From NCBI RefSeq assembly GCF_009834535.1, contig NC_045697.1, positions 69,504,001 to 69,568,000 of the forward strand: a stretch of 64,000 nucleotides of DNA. The letters are read 5' to 3'. Position numbers and translations under genes: made by a program. Below, in pieces: positions 26,053 through 39,432 of this stretch. Source of the DNA: Camelus ferus. Lineage: Eukaryota. The notes beneath the pieces are model-generated. The model was not told where the DNA came from. It saw only the letters and a program-made list of their open reading frames with translations, and made no database searches. Within the stretch, counting starts at the first letter, position 1; the number at the start of each line of letters is the position of its first letter.

Positions 26053-29000
26053 AAAACTTTACTAAGGGACACAAAAAGAGTCTTAAATAATTAAAAAGAC
26101 ATATCATAGGAGGAAATAATTTCAGTGCAAAAATTTAATGTGATTTCAATTAAGATACAAACAGCAAAAATAGTCATTTTTTAAAAATACCATACTGGAT
26201 ATTAACATTTATTATAAAGTCACAGTTGAGTAATGTTGTATGACCAAGTAGACAACTCAAGAGAATAATTTCAAAGACCAGAAATGCACCCAAATGCACA
26301 TGCAAATTTTAACCCAGCAATTCTAATTGCAGAATTTTGTCAGGTAGGTAATATAATACTGGCATTTATGCAAAATGACATATATACAAGGTCATTCATT
26401 ATAGTGTATTAGAAATATCAAAAGATTGGAAATAGCCTAAATATCTATTAATCAGGGACTGATTAAATAAATTCTGATCCTTCCACACAAGGGAATTCTA
26501 TGCATCCATAAAGAAAAACGAGGATATTCTTTACATACTGATAGTAAGTGATCGCCTAGACACAGAGCAGGGCACTTAGCACACGACCACTCACTTTTTA
26601 AAGAAGAGGGGACAATTTATACATGTCTATATCTACATATAAGGATATGTTGTGGTTGACAGGAAACAAAAAGTAGCAAAAGAATTCAAATAATGTCTCA
26701 TTATTGATAAAGCTCCTATCAGAGAACATAAGTCAGAAATGGGTCAGCAGTAGGGTTCCCAGTCCCAAAACCAGAAGCAAGCAGCCTGGTCCACCTAGGC
26801 TGGGCCTTCACAAGCCTCCTCATGTGAGAGCCGCCCCTGTACATCTTCCAACATGAAGTTGCAGAGCAAAAAGTCTTTGCTGGAGCATCTTGGCTCCCAA
26901 AAGGAAGGAGAGGAAGGAAAGCTCCACACACTAATTTCTCTCCTAAACATAATTCACTCCATTCTCAGGGGAGGAGCAAGAGATAGTGTCAAAGGCCAGG
27001 AGAGTTAGAAAGAAACCCTCTGCCTGTAAACCATGTAGGTGAGCAGGAAACATTCTCCCCCTGTCCTTCCCCAATAAGGTAGACAAGAAACTGCTAATTA
27101 GAAACGGATACTAGATGGCTGGGGGACATGGACTGAAGGAGGCCATACGCTGGGGTCCCTTTTGTATTTTCAAATTTTACACTATGGAATTATATTCCCT
27201 ATTCAAATAGAAGTAAAAGTAAAATAAATAAAAACATCTGCATGTGATTCTGAGCAGATAACCGGGGGGCTGCAAAGAAGGTGACAAGACTGAATTCATG
27301 TATTATTTGCTTCACAACTGGTGAAATTTTACCTAATTTGATAGAAAATTTTTTGCTGAAACAGGTAACCTACCCAGAAAGGTACCTACCTCTCCAGCCG
27401 TGTTTTTGGTTCTTTCACATGAAATGAGTTGTCTGCCCATCAGGAAGCCAAAGACAGAGATCAAGAGGGCAGCTGCAGACTTGATCTGTGAAGAATCATG
27501 AATCTAGGTGCAGTATGACCAGTAAACACCTCCCCAGCATCTGGGGCTCATACAAGGGGACACAGATAACCTCGTGCGTGCTCTATGAGAAGAGCTTACA
27601 CTAGTATTTATGATGTTAAAGAATGTATTTTCCCTGACGAGCTGGGGATTGTCACATATGATGGTGTCTGCCCGTGTAAACACAGATGGGCTTGTGCTGG
27701 TCCCCATTTTGTGCCTTTTCAGACTGACCTCTTCTTTGCCTCCTGGACACTGACCAAATGGAGAAATGGGGATACAGCTCAGTGGCTCTCACCTTGACTC
27801 TGCTATTTGGGACCAGAGAGGTCTAGATTTTAAGACTATTCCTGTATGTTAAAATATATATATTAGGTTTGTTATTTTTTGTTCGTTTTCATACCTTTTT
27901 CTACTCATGTTTCCATATTGTCAATAGACCCTAAGTGTCAAACCGGGCATATTTTTAAAACAGGCTTTGTAAATAGGTCATGAGAAGCAGTCAAGCAAAA
28001 TGTTACTAACTCACAGTCACTGAAAGTAATATTTCAAAGAATAATTGATTCAAAGTGCTTCCTTCCTGAGCTGGCAAAGGCTGAGGTGATGGTGAGGGAT
28101 GTCTAACGTGCCAAATTCACAAAGGACATTTAGGACGGCAATCCCACCCTGCCCTCCCTCGCGTGCTCTGACTTCCACGGAGGATGGGCCTTTCCCTGTT
28201 CGGCCTTGCTTTATCTGAAAGTGTGTCATGTAATTTTGGTTCTCAGTTTTCCAGTTAGAATAGAGGAAGCAAGTGAATAAACTGTCAATGAAGGGGGGAA
28301 AAGGAGGTAAGAGAAAATGTAAAAGAAATCATGAGGGATATTAAAACACAAAATAAAACAAACTAAACCTTACCTCTTCTCTCAAACACTGCAGCATAGA
28401 AGCGGCCTCTGAACCACTGCCTCAGCCAGGCACACGCACCTACCAGGACCTCAGCCTCCCAGGCAAGGAAACCCCTCACACACTAGCAGAAACAGTGGCT
28501 GTCCCTGAACCAAAGGAGTTTTGTAATAAAACTGTCCCTTGTCCATGTGAAACTGAGGAAAAAGGGAGCAATGCAGTTAAGCTTTTATGAAGCTAAAATT
28601 GAAATAACTTTTATTCTGGTGTTATCTCCTTTCTCAATTTATGGTGTTAAAATGTTCTTTTTTTTACCTTATGGAGATGGTAGATGCTGGTTGCTTTTTC
28701 TGTTTGTTTTTAGGGGGGTTTCTTGCTAATCACTTTTAAACTTCCAAGGGGAAATACAGTATTCAGGATCTTCTAAACTTGCCTGACTAAACAACTCTTT
28801 ATTGAAAAGCACCTAATAGAAACTATTTTTCCATTTACTTTTTTTTCTCTATTTGTCTATTAACTATTTTTGCTAGTTGCTTTTATTTTGCCCCATTTGA
28901 CAAAATTAAAAGTTTGGAAACTCCCCTCCCCAATTTTAGAATTTTATATCTTACTGACCCATGAAATACAATAACCTGAGAAACATTGTTCTAAAATGTT

Positions 29001-29537
29001 TGCCAAAGGTGCACCACGGGAAGTTAAATCCACTGTCAATAAAATGTGTTCAAAACAGATATCATTATGGTTAAAATGTACTTCAAATGAATATTAAAAA
29101 ACAAAACAAAACAGTGGAGCAGAACAGCAGGTGTAAAAATAATCCTTTTAAATTGCGAATAATGTGCAAATGTCACTCCAGACTGCTGGCTTCATAAATC
29201 TTTTTCCTGCTTTAGTAGTTTTAACAAATCCTTAAAAAAAAAAAAAAAAAACCAAATAGTTTACTTTTATTTCAACAACTTCAATAAAGTCAAAGCAACA
29301 TACTAATGCAAAGTCTAAAATTTTTCATTCCTGTGGCCAGAAAAATTATTTTACCCACAAATGGAATAATGTCAGTAACAGCTTAAGTCTCTCTATGTCC
29401 CTTCTGACATATTTTAGTATTCAAGTCTACCTTACTAAAAACTTGTAAGCCCATTTACTTGCATCTCTTGCTCTCTGTACAAATTTCTAAGACAGTGGAT
29501 GACGGTATTGTACCATAATTCCAAAATTTCTTGGTGC

Positions 29538-29778
29538 AGCATTTCTCAACAATGTTTCTATTAAGTGCTTTCAATAAAAGAGTTGTACAGTCAAGCAAGT
29601 TTAGAAAATCCTGAATAATGTATTTTTCCCTTGGAAATTCATAATACACATTGGCACATTAAAGGTTCTAAGAAGTCCTGCACTAAAGAAACCTCTTTAA
29701 CTTGGTTTAATTGAATTTTCCCAAACTTTCTTTAGCATTTAACATTCATGGATGAAACACACTATGGGAAACAATGAT
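29538..29778. mobile_element. hAT-Charlie-type MITE remnant
   Basis: cagcatttctcaa...tgggaaacaatgatcta termini. Confidence 0.55.
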
Positions 29779-29994
29779 CTAATGCAATCTACTTAACTGG
29801 TTGAAAAACTAGGACCAGAGAAATGCTTAGAGATTCATTCAGGATTGCCCAAGAAAGTTTTAGCAGTCAGGACCAGAAAGCCAGGTTCCCCAGATTCCAA
29901 TACAGGGCGCTTTCTATTATGGCCTGCTGCCTTTGTTTTGCCTCATAAAAACTCTGGAAATTATTATGGAAAGCCTATTAGAAAATGAAATATA

Positions 29995-30254
29995 ACCATG
30001 AAAGGTCAAAGAGAGGGCAGTGGCCCAATTCCAGGGAACCCCCACCCCTTCCCCAAAGTAGTTGGAATAATCCTCTCAGTTGTTAGCATATAAAAACTAG
30101 CAGCACCACACCTCTAGGTCACTCTCTCTCTCTCTGCACCCCCCCCCTCCTTCAGAGACAGAGATGGGCCCACACTCTGTCTATGGAGCGTGTCTACCTT
30201 TACTTAATTCCCCACTGTGCCCCCACTGCCCATGTACATCTCTCTAAACAAATC
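29995..30254 (+). mobile_element. partial ERV1-type LTR (same family as 33198-33819)
   Basis: Aligns by eye to about 33484-33680 (gtggcccaattc...cccttcc.caaagtagttg.aataatcctc...ggcccac.ctctgtctatg). Confidence 0.85.
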
Positions 30255-30532
<278 letters not shown>

Positions 30533-30874
30533 CCCAAGTGAATACAAAGTGTGTGTTCTTAGCAATTTCCATTCCTTTCCAGTTGATGTTATCAGAACTT
30601 TTTAAAAAACTTGGAGGTATGTGCATAAATAAGGAAGAAGGAAGGCTTGTAATTAGTGGATGTTGTTTGGAAATTGCTTTTTCCTCGGGTTACTGTTATT
30701 GAGATCATGTTTGGATGTATGAAAAGTTGAGACAAAGATACTAGCTTCTATGTAACACACCAAAGCCCTCTGTATCTAAGGATCAAGATATAATGGGTTG
30801 TATGACATCACTCATATGTGGAATCTAAAAAAAGGATACAAATGAACTTATTTACAAAACAGAAACAGATATAA

Positions 30875-31240
30875 TTAAGTGTACTAATCAGTTGACCTTA
30901 AGACAGAAAGGATCTTGTTGGGCCTAGCTGAATCACATTAGCCCTATAAAAGCATAGAGTTTTCTCCGGCTGGTAGTAGAAGTAGGAGTCAAAGAGATTC
31001 CAAATGTGTGAAGAATCTGACATGTCATTCCTGTCTTTGAAGATGGAGTGGACCATGCGGTGAGGAGTATGAACAGCCTCTGGAAGCTGAGAGCAGTCCC
31101 TAGCTGACAGCCAGCAAGAAATGGGAACCACAGTTCTATAACCACAAGGAATAGAATGCTACCAACAACCTGAAAAGGTTGGAAGAGAATTATTCTCCAG
31201 AACCTCTTAGATAAGAGCCCAGTCCAGGCTATACATGAGC
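30875..31240 (+). mobile_element. MaLR MLT1 LTR
   Basis: gaagctgagagcagtccctagctgacagccagcaagaaatgggaaccacagttctataaccacaaggaa. Confidence 0.8.
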
Positions 31241-31714
31241 TCTTTAAAAATACGTTAAAAAAATCTCTACCAATTCTTATGGTATTAAGGGTTTTTTTCT
31301 TACGTCAAGAATACATGCTAAATTTTGTAAAATGCCTGTATGCATCTATAGTGATATTTCTATCATTTCTCTCCTTTATCTATTAATCTGGTTAGTTATT
31401 ATTGTTGTCTTAGGGACTGTAGGGTATTCCTGGTATGAATCCAATGAGCGCATAGACTATTAATGCACAATGTGCTACTGGATCTAACTACCCTATATGG
31501 GACAACTTGGGTAAACTTACAGAGAAAGCTAATCTCACTTCAGTCTCCTATAGGAAAGCTTTTAAGGCACAAGCAGGTTGCTACGGTTATTTTATCATCT
31601 GTTTGTGTTTTTCTACTGCAGAAAACATTATAATACTGTGTTCATTACAGATGTGGAAGAGTAATGTGATCAACCAGCAGGGGCTGTCCATAATGATAAC
31701 ACCTCAAATATAGT

Positions 31715-32220
31715 AGCCTTCCCCCAAGTTGGCTGTCAGTGATCCCTGCCTCCTTGTATTCATCACTTTAGGTAGCGCCCCCACCCCCATATTAGGTAGC
31801 CATAGGATAATGCAAAAATAATAGAGCATGACTTCTAAGCCTAAGTCATAACAGATGTTGCACTTGCACCTTCTGTCTTGTTCGCTCTTGGATCACTTGC
31901 TCTAGGGGAAGGCAGCTGCATGTTGTGGGGTCACCCAAGCAGCCCTATGGAGAGGCTGACTTGGTGAGGGACTAAAGTCTCCAGCCAACAGCCATGTGAA
32001 TGAACCATCTTGCCAACGGATCCTCCGATCCCAGTGAAATTTCAGATGACCACAGCCACAGTCAATATTTTACCTGCAACCTCATGAGACATCCCAAGCT
32101 GAACCATCCAGTAAGCCACTCCTTTACTCCTGACCCACAGAAATTGTACAGTAAGAAATGTTTGCTTTTTAAGTCACTACGTTTTGGGGTCATTTATTAC
32201 TCAATAGATAACTAATATAC
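31715..32220 (+). mobile_element. MaLR MLT1 LTR
   Basis: ggatcacttgctctaggggaaggcagctg...ttttaagtcactacgttttggggtcatttattactcaatagataactaatatac. Confidence 0.85.
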
Positions 32221-32769
32221 CAAGTTTCATATACTTTTCCCTCAGAAGAATTGCAGAGGTACCTCTCTAAAACATTTCTCTCCCAATAACGGATCTTTTT
32301 CATTATTTTAACCGTAAGATCATTGCCTCTCACCTAGACTCTGAAAGTGAGAGTTCTTCCTGAATGAGGGTCTGCCCTCACCATTTACCTAATGACTCTT
32401 TTCCCAAATAATGCTCAACCAGTGGGAAAAACCTAGTCCAGAAAAAAATCATCCAGAAACCTCAATCTTAGTATACTTATCTCCCCATGAGCATCTCTTT
32501 TCTCCGCTCTGTCAGGACACAAGTATAATGTGAATAAGTTGTTATAGAAAGGAGCAAACGTGCCATTATCCTTCATTCTGAGACACAATTATACTCTAAA
32601 GCATTTATCCCAGTCTTTCTGAATAACCTAGAGTTTTGTAAAATATAAGCCCTAGGCCTAACCCTCACTCTAAATGTTCTAATTCAGTATGTTTGAAATG
32701 AGACCCAGGAGTTAATTTTTTTAATTGCTAAATTATTCTGATGATCAACCTCTCTTAATTTGTTTTTCT

Positions 32770-33238
32770 GCTAATAAAACCTTACAATTTTTTAAAATTA
32801 TTCTTATCTGTCTCTTCCCTCTGGAATATAAGCTCTATGAAGGAAGATATTTTTGTCTGTTTTGTTCACTGATATATCCCTAGCAACCAGTACTATGCCT
32901 GGCACACAGCAGGTGATCAATAAATGTTGAATAAATGAACAACAATTTTAGAAGTTGATGAGCAGTATAGAAGGAAATAGATCCAGGTGAGGAAGATTGG
33001 GACTGCAACATGGGCTATTTACAATGTAAACTTATAGTAGAGTAGACTTCATTGAGAAATGACTTGAGGATGTGAAGGAATGTGTCCTGTGAACATCTGG
33101 AGGAAGTGGGTCCCAGGCAAAGGAAAAAGCAGTGCAGAGACCTTGAGACTGGGAAAGTCCAGAAACATCAAGGAGACCAGAGTGGCTGAATTGAAATTGA
33201 AACCGGAGGTAAGGGGGCAGGGCACAACCATCAAAAAA

Positions 33239-33309
<71 letters not shown>

Positions 33310-34200
33310 AAAACCACAGCAATTACACTGACATGGTGGAAAATTCAACTCCCAATAGACCCTGAGGCCCAAGATGGCAGGAGATTTGACTTCCAGTAGA
33401 TCTTGAGCTTCATTATATGCTCATTGTAATACATTAGCATGGGAAATGACATTTCCACTGGTGCCGTGACAGTTCAGAGGCTGACCATAAAAGATCAAAA
33501 AGTGGGTGGTGGCCCAATTCTGGGGAATCACAGCCCCTTCCTCAAAGTAGTTGAAATAATCCTCCCATTTACTAGCATATGAAATAACTGAGCCAATAAA
33601 AATGAGCAACACCCTGCCTCTTGGCCTCTATCCCTCACCTTTGGAGATGGCCCACTCTCTGTCTATGCAGTGTGTACCTCTCTGAAGAAATCTACCTTTA
33701 CTCAACTATGGCTCATTCATATTCTTTCCTGAGCCAAGCCACCTGATGGGGCGCATCGCAGGGACTTGCCTGGGTCCTGGGACATGGCCATCCTCTCATG
33801 ACACATTTTTCCTGTATCAAAATGAACAAGGAGAGGGCCAAGCGAAAACCAGAGAAGTAAATGGGACCAGTTCACATATGGACTCATAGATATGAAAGAA
33901 TTTTGGCTTTTATTTTAAGAAATGAAGAGCTACTGCAATGTTTGGAACAAAGGCACTGCATTTTAAAAGAATCATTCTGGCTGTTTGTGCTGAGAAGAGA
34001 ATGCAGAGGAGCAAGGATGGAAGTAGGAAGACAAGTCAGAAGCTGAGGGAAGCCTTACTAAAGTGACTTCAAGCAAAAATTGGAAGAAAGAAATTGGATA
34101 CAGTGAGTAAACACCTTTCTGAGATTTACTGCAAACGGGAACAGAGAAACGATTCAAGCAAAAATTTCATGTTTTAAGATGGTAAACATAATAACGTAGT
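32770..34200. mobile_element. L2 fragments (sense 3' end at 32770-32945; antisense body hosting the ERV1 LTR)
   Basis: gcctggcacacagcaggtgatcaataaatgttgaataaatgaa terminus. The L2 sequence rejoins across the LTR. Confidence 0.75.
33198..33819 (+). mobile_element. full-length ERV1-type solo LTR (MER41-like) with internal (AAAT)n at 33236-33311
   Basis: TGA...TCA termini and a 4-bp TSD AAAT (33194-97 and 33820-23). Confidence 0.88.
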
Positions 34201-34778
34201 ATTTGTATGCTAATGGAAATGACCCAATAGGAAAAAAAGCATGGGGGTTCCAACACCTGGGATTCTAAACTCTGGAAGAGAAAGGAACCAGTGGAAGAGT
34301 GAAGAGAAGAGCAGGAAAAATACAAGGGGCTGTTGAAGAACAAGACTTGTAGATTCTAGCTTCAAACTCTAGCTACCAAAAAAAAACCCAGTTCACTTTG
34401 GAATGTTTGAGAGTAGGGTGGTTTGTCTCCATCCCCTTCCACGTAACAAATGTGACAATTATGTGTCAGGAGAGAATAGTTTCCCACAGAAGTGAGAGAC
34501 AGTTTGTCAACTTTTTCTCTAACCTCCAGGGGGATGGTGGGTCCCCTGGTTTACATTACCACCATTTCCTCCTTCAGTTCTTGACTTCATTCTTTGGTAA
34601 ACCAGATGTGGTTTATCTTAAGTTTTAAATCCTACCTCTCCAGCCCCTGAGGCATATTCACTCATCAAGGCACTGCTGCCCGCTGGCTCTCTTTATGTGC
34701 AAATACCACAGCAGAATTAAATGGGTGGGCTATTTGTCTGAAGATCTTTCCATGAGAGAAAGCTGTGACCGTCTATAT

Positions 34779-34989
34779 CAGGGTTTCTTAATTGCCACAG
34801 GATGATCTTTTCAGTTGGGTAATTCTTCATGGCCGTGAGTGCTGTCTGGTGAGGTGTAGGGTGTTGAGCAACACTGTTGGCCTTTACCCACCTTCATCTC
34901 TCTCTCACCTCCTGCCCCCAAAAAATGTCTCCAGACACTGTCAAGTGTCCCCCTGGGGACAGAAATTGCCCCTCAGTTGAGAACCACTG
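34779..34989. mobile_element. MER20 hAT MITE
   Basis: cagggtttcttaa...aaaaatgtctccagacactgtcaagtgtccc...gttgagaaccactg. Confidence 0.85.
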
Positions 34990-35409
34990 ATGTAGATGTA
35001 TAATTTCTCAATACCTTGTTACTAGATCCTGGTGGTGTCAGTGGGATAAAGCTGGGGATTTGTTACCTATATCTTTATTCTGTGCCTTTGTCATAGATAA
35101 TCATTAGATTAACCCTCCACTTCTTATCACTATTCTTAAAATGAACAGTCACTTCACCAAAAACTGGTACCTTTCTACACATGACTGGACCGGAGAGAAT
35201 GAAGGAATAATAGGTGAGCTATGGAAACTTAAAATACCATTGGTGAGATTTTGCTATCCCACCAATAGGCTTTTCAAAATATTTGCTCAAACACTATAAA
35301 GGGATTTTTTTTTTTCCCTATCAACTGATTGCTTATAACCTAAAATTGGTCTTCTCTGCATTGGGTCTATAAATATATATTACTTTGAGGTATCAAAAAA
35401 AAAAAAATC

Positions 35410-36700
35410 AGGACCAGAAGAGCCAAATCAAGCTTGAGAAAAACATATTTGAATCCAAGACTTAGTGCAAAGTTACAGTAGTTAAGACCGTGTGGGATTG
35501 GTACAAGGATACACAAATAGAACAATGGAACAGAATGGAGCAATGGAACAGAAAAAGACCCAACTAATGACAGATATCAATGTAAGGCTATAAGAGAATG
35601 AATGGCTTTTCAATAAGGAGTACTGGAATATTTGTATATTTTATGGAACAAAATGAAACTTGACCCCTACCAAATATGACATACAAAATTTCATTTGAGA
35701 TATCACAGTTTTAAATGTGTAAAACAATAAAGCTTTTAGAATAAAACAGGAAAATTTCCTCAAGACAGTCAAATAGAACATAAAAAACACTAACCATAAA
35801 AGACTGACTTCATTAAAATTAAGAACTATATTCATCAAAAGACACAGTTAAGCAAGTAAAAAGGAAAATCACAGACTAAGAAATTTTCATGGTACATAAA
35901 TCCAACAAAAGACTCATTTCTAAATCAGTAGGAAAATGACAATAATTCTATTTTTTTTTTAATTGGCAAAAGACCTGACGAGGTCTGTCACAAAAGAGAC
36001 TATTCAAATGCCCAAGAAGCCTATGAAAAGGTGTTTAATTATTTGTCACAGAAATAATAATTAAAATGAGATAACACACTTACCAGAATCACTAAAATTA
36101 AAAAGATTGTCAATATTGAAAAATAATGAGGATGTGGAGCAACAGTTGAAACTATTGTATATTACTTACGTGAAAGTGAATTAGTTCAAACACGTCAGAA
36201 AACAGTTTGGCAATAGAAAAACAGATGGCACTATGCAGTAAAATGAAAGATATGTCTACTCTACGATCCAGCAGTTCTACTCCTAGATACATACCCATGA
36301 GAAGTGAGTATACGTCTCTGCCAAAACATAAGTTTTAAAAATGTTCACAGCAGCATCATTCATAACAGTCAAAACCTAGAAGCTATCTAGACGTGCGTCA
36401 ATAGAAGAATGAATCAATGGTAGAGTCTTGCAGTGGAGTACTACATAGTGATTAAATTAAAAATCCCAAAACATAGTGATACAGATGAATGTTACAGACA
36501 TCATATTACGTGAAAGCAGTCACAACAGTACATACCAATGATCTATTTACTTATATGAAGTTTAAGATCAAGCAAAACTAATAATGATAAAAGTCAGAAT
36601 AGTGGTTATCTTTTAAGGGTGGTGTTGACAAGAAAAGGGCATGAGGAAACCTTCTGGAGAGAGCAAATCCTCTACAGATTTATATGGCTAGTGGTTTCAT
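35410..36700 (+). mobile_element. ancient L1 (L1ME-type) ORF2 end and 3'UTR
   Basis: acagtagttaagaccgtgtgggattggtacaaggatacacaaatagaacaatggaacagaat...gatccagcagttctactcctaga. Confidence 0.8.
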
Positions 36701-39231
36701 GGGTCCCCTACTGCCTACAGAGAGCTCTTTTGAGGAGTTTTGCTGCCAAGCAGAGAATCAAGGCAGAAGCTGGCAGAGAAGGCGGGGTTAAGAGAAGTTT
36801 CCTAAGGGATGGGGAAATAACATACGTATATGCTGACAGGAGCAAGTAAGTAGTGAGGGACACTGATGACGGAGAGTGAATGCTGCAGTAATGTCCCTGA
36901 GCAAGGTGGGAGAGGATGAGATATTCTGCCTACGTGGAGGAAAGGTAGGTTCTATAGAAGCAGATTAAGATGCCAGAATACATGAGAGTGATCTTACAGA
37001 TTGTATAGTGTAGATGTGGTGATGAGAACCTTTCACTTAATATGTCTGTGATATTCATCTGTATCAATGTTTTGGGTTTTGTTTTTAATTTAATTACTAC
37101 GTAGTACTCCATTGTGAAGAAGTTCTTTTCTGATTGTTTCTAATTTCTCAGAGAATTAGGAAGCAGAAGTGGCAGAGTGAGGATAGAGGAAGTGACTTGG
37201 AAGTGTGAGAAAGGAGAAGTGTGAAATAACCAAGAGAGCAGCCCAGTGAACGGACCAGGGATCTATACTTCAACCATGAGGTATCACTGAGACCCACCTG
37301 ATATTGGGGCGATGAATTTAGTTAGTGTAGTTGTGTTCTTCTCCAGCTATGTCCAGACACCTGAGAGGTGGAGCACGGATTTAACTAACTTCGCAGTTTT
37401 GCCATAGAAAGTGTCAGATTTGTGAGTGAGATCAGGTACACCTGGGAATCTTATTTTTACCAGGTGGGGCATCATTGCCATGAGTAAAACTAAGAAATGT
37501 TCTTAAATATTTTTAAATGATTCCGTATTAATGTTTATAAACAACTGATAAACAGGAATCTTTCTAAACTTTTGGGTTTATATTTGTGTATCTCTTCTCT
37601 GGCACCGAAAATCCTGGGTCCTGGTAATTCTATTACAATCAGCAATACAATTACCTCATGAAGTTTTAAGATTACTTTGCAGTTCTTTTGGTTCGTAGAA
37701 CATATCCCGCTAAGAACATACAAATGGAATATTCAACGTTCACTTGAAATAATTATTTTCTCTGTATAGATTCTACCAATATGAATTAAAAATAGGTCTT
37801 TTAATTGTTGGAGTTAAATTTGGATTTTTACATTTTATGTTCCTTCTAGATTTAATGTATAAAATACATTGGTAAGAGAAAATCAAAACTATATAAAAAG
37901 TTATACTCAGAGAAGTCTTCTTTCCATCTTCCTGTCCCCATGTAACCAGTAAAGAATTAAACATTTATTCTGCCTTTGGGGAAGAACTATAATTTATCTC
38001 CTGTTGTTGAGGGAAAATTCTTCTTTATAGAAAAATGTCAGCTAATAAATGTAGAAGGAATTATTTAACTGGAAAAATCTTTCTGCAATTCTTAATGAAA
38101 TAATTCAGACAGGATGTTAAAACCATTGGGTAAAAGGTTGTTGAAGATGATATTGGCATTGAACCAAATATCACCCCACAGATTAATTTCTTATTGCAAA
38201 GGAAAAACATATCTTACAATTGATTGATCTGGCATCATCATCTTAGGCAAGTGATAAACATTATGTGCTCACTGATGGGATGCAATATTAAATACACAGC
38301 ATTAACCATGAAGCATTCTTGCCAAAAAAGTTGGATATGTTTCTAGCCAAACCTTTGAGCTAAACCTCCAGTTAATGGGAATATGGGAGCTAAAAAAACA
38401 AGTAAAACAATCAGATATCCAGAATGTGGGCCATCCTACAAGAAAACTGATCTAAGTAGCAGAGCTGTTCTTGGTTAAGAGACTAAATTTAAAGACTAAA
38501 TTTTAAAATGACATAATGATTCACAAACAGCAAAGTATTCACAGCAGGTACACAAAGTGCAACACTTCATGATATTAAGTAACTTATTATCACTCTTACA
38601 TTTGTATATAGATAGTTGTAGAAATAATAAGTAATGTATGAAGTGTGTTACTGATTCTTTACATCAGCAACAAGATGGGTGTTGAACATTGAGTTTTATT
38701 TATATAAGCCATTTAATAATATTTCATTAAAGTTTCAAAAAATTATTTTATTTAAATTTTTATTTTAAATTAAGACAATTATGTTCATATTTTGTCTTTC
38801 AATTTATCAATAATTTTGAATATTTTAAGACAACTTTTTAAAATAAAATAATTTTTAATATTTAATTTCCTTTTTTGATTAAATATATTTAAATATTACA
38901 CACTTGGAATATTTTTTATACTTTATATTACTGCCAACGGATGTTATGAGAAAATTCTTATAAGAATGTAATTAATGATTTTGTTAGCATGAAAGCAAGA
39001 CAAATGGGAAAATTTCTTCAGAATAAAGACTAAAAGATAAGATAAAAACAATGGAAGAATATCCAAATATATATAGAACAGCAAAAATTAGCAGTGTCCC
39101 TGAACAACAACATATATTTTTATCACTCACCCAAACATTGCTGTTGAACACCCAGATACGTGCAATAATTACATTCAGTCATCTTTGATACTTGGCACCT
39201 TGTCATATAAAAACATAATGCTATTATGTAC

Positions 39232-39432
39232 AGAATAGATGAACAACAAGGTCCTACTGTATAGTACAGGGAACTTATTCAATGGCTTGCAGTAACCTGT
39301 AATGAAAAAGAATATGAAAAAGTATATATATATATCTATACATCTATATCTGAACCACTATGCTGTGCATCAGAAACTAACACGATATTGTAAATCAACC
39401 ATACTTCAATTTTAAAAAATGTTTAAAAAAAT
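39232..39432 (+). mobile_element. lineage-specific L1 3' end, followed by an L1MC-type 3'UTR to about 39790
   Basis: aacaacaaggtcctactgtatagtacagggaact...atcaaccatacttcaa plus tail. Confidence 0.85.

Noticed and set aside
33032..33372. FIYL-repeat ORFs
   Set aside because: Translation of the (AAAT)n microsatellite.
38520..39220. Very AT-rich block, possibly a DNA transposon remnant or NUMT
   Set aside because: I could not identify terminal repeats, a transposase frame or mitochondrial gene similarity. A Dfam or BLAST search is needed.
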